Of a stretch of DNA of 64,000 nt, positions 54,147-64,000 are shown piece after piece. How positions within the stretch are numbered: position 1 is the stretch's first letter; each line of letters begins with the position of its first letter. The stretch is from Octopus sinensis (Eukaryota), in contig NC_043004.1 in the NCBI RefSeq assembly GCF_006345805.1, positions 66,092,001-66,156,000 on the forward strand. The letters run 5' to 3'. The notes beneath the pieces were generated by a model, which worked only from the letters and a program-made list of their open reading frames with translations, had not been told where the DNA came from and made no database searches. The position numbers and the translations under genes are program-made.

Positions 54147-55297
54147 AATTACCTCGTATAATATGTCGACATAATGACTATTATAGTAACCTGTACAACC
54201 TATCATTTATGGCGTTAACCAACAATCTTAAGACAAATATGTCTACGAAATGTATTTCCTAAGAGTTCGCTAAGCTTCAGTACCACATTATTAAGTTTAA
54301 AACTTTACCGAAAGAGAAACGGGATAATGAAAATCAATGACAATATCAGACAATAACGAAAACAGTTATAAAGATGTGGACGACAATTGAAATATAAATG
54401 ATATAGAGAAGGCAACAATAACACTAGTATGTGAATAAACAGTTCCAAAACGATTTTAAAGGCGAAAAAACGCTTTACAATCGTGTGCATGTTGAGCACT
54501 AATTTCGTGAAAGCAATATAATAATAAAGTTTTACAGAAAATGAATTTTTCTACTGTAGGTGTTGTGAATTTCTTCCACATTTGTCGAAATGTAGCAGCA
54601 TTAGTGTATTAGTATGCATTATATTTATATGAATAACAAAAGTTTGTATGGGGCTTTTAGTTCTAGTCCCAAGAGTAACCTCCGAACGTCTCTATGAAAA
54701 ATGATTTTCCAACCCAATATTTGCATGTTGTTCTGCATAGCTTTACACGTACTTCACCTTCCATTCCCACCGAGAAAAGACTTATTCCAAGTTCTCCCAG
54801 GCGTTTATATATTTTCATGAAGTCAAAAGTATGTGAAAAAGGTAAGAGAATGATACATAAATAGACAGATAGAAAAATAACTAGCGTGTTAATAATATAG
54901 GTAGCTGGATAAAGATTTATAAACAATAACGGAAAGATGAAAGATGAGCACGACTGTATGATTACTAATAATAACTACGACTGGAACAACTATAACAACA
55001 ATATTTATGACTATAGAATCAACTGCAGACACAGCGACAATGATAACTGTGGCACTAAATGAACTAACAAAGTTACATCGACAATACATTAACTTCATTA
55101 AATCACCCAACGTTGCTATTACGAATAACAACAAAAACATCAGCGGGAAAAGCAACAAAAACAATGATAAATATTTTTGTAACAATTTGATAAACTAAAC
55201 CAAATATAAAATCAAAATGGCTGCTAAAATATTCACGATTCACAATATGATTATATCGATCACTGACTGCATGTGTGTAGTTGATTGACTTTAGATT

Positions 55298-55328
<31 letters not shown>

Positions 55329-55539
55329 ACACACATAGACACACACATTAAAAATGACAAACGTTTTGAAATAAAATACAGTATACACGTAACCAAAACA
55401 CCATCCTCTTCACTTTCTCTTATCCTCCTCGTTACTATCATGAGATAAACACCCATTCGATCATCACAACTTTAAACACTTCTATCTTCTATTTAGTCGC
55501 ACGAATCTAGCAAAGTAACAATTATAATTATTAACAATT

Positions 55540-56440
55540 TAGCACATGCTAATTTAATTAACAGGAATGTTATCTTGAGGATTGCTGACAACAAGTCTCC
55601 TCGAATCTCTTGAAAATTACTTGACATACTTGCAGAATTAACTATGAAGCTTTTCTGCAGGTCTACTATATCGAGTTGCAATTCCAATCTACTAGGTAGC
55701 ATTTTGGCTGTTGTGCCAAATGCATTAGTTACCAGAGCTATCATTTTCTTACTCTTCCACTGTCTCTTTAGTTCTTTGGCTAGATCCTGACATTCCTCAT
55801 TTTTTCTGTTTCTTTGGTGTCGGCTCTCTTACCATTGAGAAAGGGTATGTCTATGATCATATTTTGCTTGTTGCTTTTATCCTCTATAATCATATCTGGT
55901 CATATTGTCTTCACACCGTGGTTAGTCTTTTCTTGGGAAGTCTCATAAAGAATTCTGTATTTATCATTCGTTTAAACGACTTTCCTTTTGTTTCGAAGGC
56001 ATACCGTCGGTTAACATCCCAATGCACGCTTTTCCTACCGTATGCCTGCACTTAAAGTGTGATCGCGCTAGCTTACATCATTCACTCAAGAGATGATTGA
56101 TAGTATCGTCTCCTTTCCTCCAGTTTCTACTTTAGATGTCTAAGACTTCATGATATTTGCCTTTATCAAGTCCCTTCTAATAACTTCTTCCGTACCGGTT
56201 ATAATTAGTGCTTCACTCTCTCGTTTTAGGTTACTGTCTGTCAGCTAAAGCCAGTGTTCTTTACGTCCATCGTTTTCAGTTTGTTGCATGAAATGTCCAT
56301 GGAATAATATTTCTTTCCAAATGTTTGCATTGTATTTTTTCTCCAACTGTATCAGTAACTTTATCCAATATATCAGCAAATTCCCCGGGCACAATTGGCT
56401 GACAAAACTATTCTTTCTTTGCTTCACACAATATATTTTT
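55540..56440 (-). mobile_element. Decayed R4/Dong-like LINE C-terminus (post-RT, zinc-knuckle remnant, REL endonuclease)
   Basis: Minus-strand peptides FHGHFMQQ, LTDSNLKRESEALII, PDMIIEDKSNKQNMIIDIP, CQDLAKELKRQWK, IALVTNAFGT. Confidence 0.8.
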
Positions 56441-56472
56441 TCCGAAGTCTTTATTGTTTAACTGTTTAGCGA

Positions 56473-56507
<35 letters not shown>

Positions 56508-56939
56508 TTTTTATTGGCCACAAGGGCCCAAGAAATGGAGACAATATCGAAGGATATCTTACATCACACAAAACAAAACAATAACAAACAATACACAAAC
56601 AGGTGGGCGTTTACATCGATCACAGCGATTTTCTGCCCCTTTAAAGGATATAACTGAGGTTATATAATAATAAAAATTACAGAAATAGATAATAGAAAAA
56701 TAGATAAAATCCTCAATAGCGAGTTAATTCACTTTGGCTATTTCGGGTTAGACTCCACAAAAAATCCCGGTTACTCTGCAATGCGCAAGGCATAAAAATT
56801 ATTATTATTAGTGAGTGAGCAGTGCATGTCATCAAACTGACACTGGGTAAAATATACGGAGCACAATATTCCCGTGATGGCCACCCGTCTGATAAGGATA
56901 GAGCAAGTACATGCATAACAGTATTTTGTGCATGACATG

Positions 56940-57280
56940 GTGCATGACATTGCAGGTGGGACCCAGTTAGAATTTTTTTCAGATATAATAGCCCATCCCG
57001 CTCAAAAGATCCCTGAATAAGGGTTGTTTAAAGATGTTGGACGAAGCACCCATGTTTCGAAATAGGAATTATCCAAACCCCAAAGAATTCCTCTCAACAC
57101 ATGGTTATGATGATCCCTTACTACTACTACCACTCGTGGTCAGAGATGCACATATCGTCAGCCACTAAGGGACATGCTCAACTGATTAAGATCAAACAAC
57201 TGACGAGCAAATCTGTGGAATTGAGCAGAATATGTGCTGTAGCCCATTTTTAATACCAAGACGAATCAATGTATAAAAGA
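56940..57280 (-). mobile_element. Interspersed repeat family E
   Basis: Reverse complement of about 48155-48455. Confidence 0.85.
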
Positions 57281-57282
57281 TT

Positions 57283-57295
57283 ATCATCATCATCA

Positions 57296-57357
<62 letters not shown>

Positions 57358-57415
57358 ATTATTATTATTATCATCATCATCATTTTTATTATTGTTATTA
57401 TTATTATCATTATTA

Positions 57416-57452
<37 letters not shown>

Positions 57453-57454
57453 TA

Positions 57455-57513
<59 letters not shown>

Positions 57514-57562
57514 ATTATTATTATTATCATCATCATCATTTTTATTATTGTTATTATTATTA

Positions 57563-57599
<37 letters not shown>

Positions 57600-57610
57600 C
57601 ATTATCATTA
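57283..57610. repeat. (ATT)/(ATC) microsatellite with 156-bp higher-order duplication
   Basis: catttttattattgtt occurs at 57381 and 57537. Confidence 0.9.
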
Positions 57611-57779
57611 CTGTGAATACTGAGACTCCGAGCAGGCAGAGTCCTTAACACGCTGAAAAAAAAATGTGTTTATCTGCATATCACACGTCATTAATTACCA
57701 AGTTGTTGATTATCTCTGACCAATTTAACCGGTCTATTAGCCTTGCTCTCTCTATCTGTGTGTATTGGTTTACCATTCT

Positions 57780-58530
57780 CTGAGACATTTTCTGGGATAT
57801 CTCTATAACATCTTTTTTTTCTGTTTTTATTCCATTGTGTTGGCATAGCAAGCTGCTAATGCATATACTTCTCAACTGAGTCATGTCTGCATGTATATTC
57901 CTTCTTAGCCGGGACTGGGTAACTAGAGGCAATTTGATTTATTGTTTCTTCCCCATCACCACATATTCTGCGGTTACTTAATGTATTTTTCTCCGTCTGG
58001 TGGTTTTGTGTGGGGAGGCTTTGATTTTGTGTTGCAAAATCCATCCTTCACTCTCTGCTTTTATTCCCGAGCTTCTCAACAACTGTTACGATTTTACTTT
58101 ACGTATCTGCCATATAAGGGCTTCTCTAGCCATCGTTTTATCACGTTCCAGTTTTATATTAGATTTCAATTGCTTTACATCTCTCGTTGCTCTTTTTCTC
58201 TCAAAGATGTCAGATACTATAATGTAATATTTCTCAGCTCCCTTAAGTAAAGATATACATCTTTTGTTTTGCTCATATCTTGCTGCTATTTCTCCTAATT
58301 TTCCTTACTTCTGAGTTAGATATTTCTTCAATCCTATGGTGGTTAGTTTATAGTAGTTTTCTAGTTGTATAAGGCCTGTACCACCTTCAATACATTGTAT
58401 ATATATCCTTTCTCTTTCCCTTTCCCTTTCCGATTGTTGGTGGTGCATTATAAATTCCGTCATTAGTTTGCTTATTTTCCGGTCAAGGTTAGTTATTTCC
58501 TTTCGTGCCCAAATAAGAATATTCTATCTT
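57780..58530 (-). mobile_element. Decayed R4/Dong-like LINE fragment (RT end and CCHC knuckle)
   Basis: QNQSLPTQNHQ...RICGDGEETINQIASSYPVPAKKEYTCRHDSV; upstream IYIQCIEGGTGLIQLENYYKLTTIGLKKYL. Confidence 0.85.
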
Positions 58531-58561
58531 AGAACTGGGACAACAAAAATAATGATACCTA

Positions 58562-58776
58562 TTATCTTCTTCTTCTTCTTCTTCTTCTTCTTCTTTCTCT
58601 TTTTCTTCTTCTTCTTCTTCTCTTCTCTTTTCTTCTTTTCTTCTTCTTTTCTTCTTCTTTTTCGTCTTTTCTTCTTCTTTTCTCTTCTTCTCTCTTCTTC
58701 TTCTTTTTCTCTCTTCTTCTTTTTCTTCTTCTTCTTCTTCTTCTCTTCTTCTTCTTCTTCTTCTTCTTTTTCTTTC
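58562..58776. repeat. (TTC)n tract
   Basis: Direct reading. Confidence 0.95.
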
Positions 58777-59139
58777 ATATTAATATAGTGTTCTGTCAAT
58801 GGAGACTGGGCTAGATCTGTGAATCAACTTGTCAAATATTTCTGACAACATCATCTGTTAATTCCTCATGTAATCTCCCACCATTGAATCTATTCATGCC
58901 ATATAAGATAAAAAAATATTTCCTCTATATCTCTATGTAATAAAATTGGAAGACATTGGCAGTGATACATATGAAGTGTCTCGAGCGACAATTTAACACC
59001 ACCATCTTTTCAATGATGTATTAGTTGGCTCTGCCCTCTTGCAAATAATAACTTACCATACTCATGTTATCTTAAAATGCTTATCTCACTCCCATTAAGT
59101 ACATCTTGAAAAATAAAAGAAATAAAATGTCAACCCATA

Positions 59140-59353
59140 TGAGGGGATGATGCAAAGTTCGTGGATTTAAGGGTTTCGTGAAAAGCCTGGCTGAACCCTA
59201 AACTTCCGAATTGCTTTAGAGGTCTTAGAAAATGACTGAAGGTGCAATAGGTGTGGGAATGTGAGATGGGAGTATGATGGAATAAAATCATAATTAGCTT
59301 TTTTTACTGTATTTTCTTTCACCAAAAGCCAGGAACTTTTCAGCAGACTGTCG
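59140..59353. mobile_element. Small Tc1/mariner-type MITE
   Basis: TA-flanked imperfect TIRs: ta|tgaggggatgatgcaaagttcgtgg versus reverse-complement ta|cgacagtctgctgaaaagttcctgg. Confidence 0.65.
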
Positions 59354-60644
59354 TATATGAATACCAGACAGTTGGGTTGATCTAATCGACAAAATGTTGA
59401 AGAAATGTTAGATGGTATTCCTACCCTACTTTCATGATCAAATCCCACATTTTATATCACATTCTATATCTTCAGATTGTATATCTCAGAGATCGATAAA
59501 ATAAAAACCGATTACTATGTATAAAATCATAAACTGTAGATTATACACCTTAGTCGATAATGCAGGAACAGATAAGGACACAATGTTTATGATGAGAGTC
59601 CTGGATAGGTAAATCTGTCGAATGTTCGTAATCGAAATGTCGACGAATAAAATCTCAGAAGATAGTAATATCAATTCTCTGAGTAAGGGGTCTGAGGATA
59701 TTGGTGAACAACTTATTGCTAATCGGTGGAGTGGCCTTTAAGTTAAATGTGCATCAGTTGCACGTCTCACACGAGAACAATTCTAAGTATATTGGGGACC
59801 CATGGGGGTTTTTGTAAGATTTCGTAATCGTTATGAGCTCACATATTTTTGTGGGAAGGCTGAAGAGAAGGCTAGCTTTTCTAATTCAGTCATTACTACG
59901 TGGAAGATGCGCGTTGGACAGGAAGATGAACAGAAGTGTTGTAGCCTACGATTTAAAGCAATCACGGTGACTGAAGTTGCATGATGACCATCTTACGATA
60001 ACTGCGATAATATTTTCTTGATATGTGCTGTAATTATGTCAGTTTCTTTTAAGGAAACGTAATTTTACATTATCCGGTTAAGTTATATTTGGTTTCTATG
60101 TTTCTTAGAGCTCCTAGGAACAATAGAATGTTGTTGACGATACATTTGTTACAAATCCTTTTCGATAACACGAAATATAACGAAATAGAGATGCTATATT
60201 TGTTGTGAAAACATTCCAGTCGCTAATTTCTTTCTAATGAATTATTACCTGAGAAAAGGAGAGTAATCTTAGAAATTCTCGGTCGATTGATTTAGAAGCA
60301 GAGAATACATTGATGTTTATCATTCAAATTGTTATTTTATTCTTTAGGTTTGAAGTTTGTTCTGCTTATCCAGTCTATCTTGCACAATTAGTATATTTAG
60401 TATAATATTATGTAAACTGTCACTTCGAATGAAGTCTACCTGGGATCAAATTTAATTTATTGATAGAAGATGATCCAAATACATGATGGTTAAAGTAAAG
60501 TTGATGCAACCTAGTGACCTTTTCCTGATTTTCAGATATTTTACATTTGTTAAAAATCTTTATGTAAGATATTTTTATAGAGGTAGCTCGAATGAGTGTG
60601 TAGATACACCACTTAAAATGATGTTACTATATCTTTCAATAGTA

Positions 60645-60832
60645 AGGCAGAGGGCTGGAAGAATATTTAGCACGCTGATCGAAATACTTGGAAGCATTTC
60701 CTCCGATTTTATGTTCGTGATTCAAATTCCACTGTAGCCGACTTTGCCTTTCATCCTTTCAAGATCGATAAAATATGAACCAGTCAAGCACTTGGGTTGG
60801 AATAATCACCTTACCCCCGCACCCAAAATTTG
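60645..60832 (+). mobile_element. SINE family A monomer, degenerate
   Basis: ttcaaattcc..ccgactttgcctttcatcctttc..atcgataaaat. Confidence 0.8.
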
Positions 60833-61236
60833 AAGTGAATTTATCTTTGAGTATTTGAGTATACTTCACGAACTATTTTTAGTGTTAGAATAGGGTAGAA
60901 TCAAATATACATGATAAAGTTTTCTTTTTATCTGTGTACGAAGACATGAAATACAGTGAAATATACCTAACAAACTATATTCGTTTGAAGTTTGAAGGAG
61001 GATGATACGTATCGAACAACATATTTATATATGAAGGTAGAGATAAGACGAAGTATATCTAAATTTCAGGGTCCTTTTGAAGGTTGAATCACTAAGAAAC
61101 ACATCTGAAAATTATGTCCATTTGAAGATTGAAACAGTGAACAAATACACTTAAGAATCTGTTTCATTTCCAAAGATAGAGCAGTGAAAATATACCTACA
61201 ATATATACCTGATTTTGTAGACTGAAAAGCAGCCAT

Positions 61237-61237
61237 G

Positions 61238-61275
<38 letters not shown>

Positions 61276-61298
61276 ATATCTATATATATATATATATC

Positions 61299-61329
<31 letters not shown>

Positions 61330-61420
61330 GTGTGTGTGTGAGTGTGTGTGTGTATAGTAGAAGAATTCACAAAAAACAAATGACGAAGACATGTGGTATA
61401 GACAACAAACAGGTGTATTA

Positions 61421-61484
<64 letters not shown>

Positions 61485-61575
61485 CATTACGTATATATAT
61501 GTGTGTATTTGTCTGTATGAGTGCGCATATGTATGTATGCATACATTTATAAACGTGTGTGTATATATACATGTA
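61237..61575. repeat. TA/TG microsatellite with a short embedded repeat fragment (61357-61423)
   Basis: Direct reading. Confidence 0.9.
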
Positions 61576-62407
61576 AATGTGGTAAGCATTTATTTGTGAA
61601 GGCTGAGGGATAGTGGAATACACACACCACATTATTGTTGTTTGAATTCAAAAACAGTGTGAAGGGTCCCTGACAAACTAGCTATATTTGAATGGAGAAA
61701 CAGGGAAAGACACCTAACAAAGTATTTCCGACTAAAAGTCTTGGTTTGTTACTCTCGCGGAAGTTTAATCATTTCACCAAACTCTGCATGTAGTTAGGAA
61801 TATTATCTAACAATGGGATGCGGTAGTTAAAACATAGATGTTGAAGATGCAGATGGTGTTGGTGGTTGTAGTTAGCATTAGAAGATGATGACAGTGATTC
61901 GATACAATGTAGTTAGTATCATGGCTTTGGGCCAGTATGAGTAATAAAGTTAAGAAAATTTAGCCTGTGAATGAATTTCTCTACCCTTTAATATAATATA
62001 ACTAACAGAAGAACGAGTTCTACAAATTGATAATGAAGCGTTGCAGAAACATACGTTTTCTTGTTCTATTCATAATGAATAACCTGCAGTCCTGCTTAGA
62101 AACTGATAACAACTTCTTAGATTGGAGCCCATAGATTTCTGGCCTTTTTCTTTATTCACTAGCAAAAAAAAAAAAAAAAAAGATAAAAGTCATTTTGATT
62201 TAGTGTTTATGTAGTTATTTCTTTCCTAGAATTTGAGAGATTTACGTTATGGAATCCTTAAGGATACATGTTTTGCTTCTGAGTATACCGAGAGTATATT
62301 TGTTGGCATAGAGAAGGTTTTACGACAACACAATTTGATTTGCCTGTAATGATAAAGCGTATTGTTTATTGATATTATAGTCACAGTTTCATTCACATTG
62401 ATAGTAG

Positions 62408-62625
62408 TTTGTTATTAAGCTGTAACCCACAGTGAACTGTAATCAAGCAGACTATTGATCAACAGACAATCCAACAGAGACCATAATATGCTGTGTAGAG
62501 TGTAAAAGAATCTGGATCACATTGTCCATGGGCTGTATTCATGATCCTAGGGCACGATTTTTGAGAGTTCGACGACTGTTTCTAGTGGTTGGAGCGGCCA
62601 TATTATAGTCCCTTCATTGAATCTG
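62408..62625 (+). mobile_element. Interspersed repeat family F, degenerate
   Basis: aatcaagcagactattgatcaacagacaatcca is similar to 25220-25260. Confidence 0.5.
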
Positions 62626-62694
62626 TATTTGGTCTGTCGACAAATGTTTCTGCTGGCTGTGCTGCTATAGCTTTGTTGCTGTAAGTAATGAATA

Positions 62695-63137
62695 ACTGGA
62701 CATTATATATGTAATACAAAACGGCAAGAACAATCATTACTGCGCCGGGGCAAAATGCCTAGTAGTATTTTCTCGATCCTTACCATCTGAGTTCAAATTC
62801 CGTGGAGGTTGGATTTGCGTTCATTGTGTCCTTTTTCATAAAAAAAAAACGCACCAGTTTAACATTAAGGTCGATATAATTTACTTACCTACTCCCACGA
62901 TCTTGTTGGCCTTGTGCCAGAATTTGAAACCGATAATGCATATATAAGGAAGGTGACGGACAAAATCCTGAGCCGCACTTCGTCCGTCCATATGGTTTAA
63001 GTTCAAATTTCTGGCTCGACATTGTCATGCCTGCATTTGGAGACAGCAAATTCAGTACTAGTAATCACTGGAATAGATGAAATCGACTTCCTCCCTCTTC
63101 GAAATTGGTGTCCTCGTGTCAGAATTGGAAACCAACA
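62695..63137 (+). mobile_element. Two degenerate tandem SINE family A copies
   Basis: gagttcaaatt near 62790 and agttcaaatt near 63000; both end in cttgtgccagaatttgaaacc-like tails. Confidence 0.7.
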
Positions 63138-64000
63138 TTTTGCAGTTTTTTTCCCAGCCATCGTTATTCAAGAATATTTTGTCTCATAGACTTATTTTGC
63201 TTTTCTATATGGACGAGTTCGTTGTTCTAAATTTTACAGCGTTATAGCTTATGCTTTTGGTGAAATGAATGAATTCTAGGCTTCTTTCATTGCTGTATAG
63301 TATCCATCGTGTGGTGTGGTTTTGAGTAAAAATGTCGCTTTTAAATAACGTTTGATAATTATTTTCTGCTTACTACAACTCATAAATTTCCTGGATAAAG
63401 CAAGAATAGAAGGATATCGCGTTTATATCCCAATAAATTACATATCACTTATATCACATGATATAACATAGTTTAGTTGACCTTATGTATTAGAACTGCT
63501 ACCTATATTCACGCTATATCATCTGAATATTTGGCATGCTTTAGCAAAACTTAATGTGGGTAGGACTAATACATACAATATTGCCCCACTGCTTTCAGCT
63601 GATGTTGTTCAGGGCATAAGGTGTGCTTTTTACCTCTACCACATGTTGGCACCAGACCCTTTATAGACGTTGTTCTAAGGGCGTAAAAGGCTAGAAAATA
63701 TAACAAAGGCACAAATGTGCACAAGGGTTTGTAGTGTATTTATAAAGCAACGTCTATGAAATTTGTGCAATCAGCGAACCTTTTTTTGATTCGGTCAAAA
63801 GCGCCCATCTGTGTATCAAGAGTACCATCACCGATGTGAGTCGAAATGTATTCCGTGAGTAATACGAAAGACTGGCGAGTTGTTGGGTTTGAAGCATTTT
63901 ATAGACTCTGACTTGGAAGGCCAGGCTTTGGGAACCAGTTCTAGGTTATATAATAGTGAAAATTAGGGAATGTAGGATTATTTGCGTGATATGCGCAGAT

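Overview
This is AT-rich eukaryotic (animal) DNA saturated with microsatellites. Its SINE content and repeat density suggest a coleoid cephalopod (Octopus-like); this is an inference. No intact protein-coding gene is recognisable, and almost all supplied ORFs are translations of simple repeats. The window contains: many copies of at least four tRNA-derived SINE families (single, tandem and chimeric, some with target-site duplications); a frameshifted CR1/L2-type APE-RT LINE beside a 100-N gap; four fragments of R4/Dong-like restriction-endonuclease-like (REL) LINEs; a mariner-derived foldback element; and a small mariner-type MITE. The most notable signal is a set of short, mutually unrelated non-coding elements embedded in (TA)n tracts. 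Three have outward-facing inverted arms and a minimal type I hammerhead ribozyme (6401-6438 with a U3-A8 compensatory core, 13136-13178, 49056-49135 on the minus strand), and a fourth, decayed hammerhead lies at 26395-26468. They look like Penelope-type inverted pseudo-LTR or retrozyme-like elements. One low-confidence candidate terminal exon lies at 18660-18953. All folds and alignments were done by eye, and family names are from memory rather than database searches.
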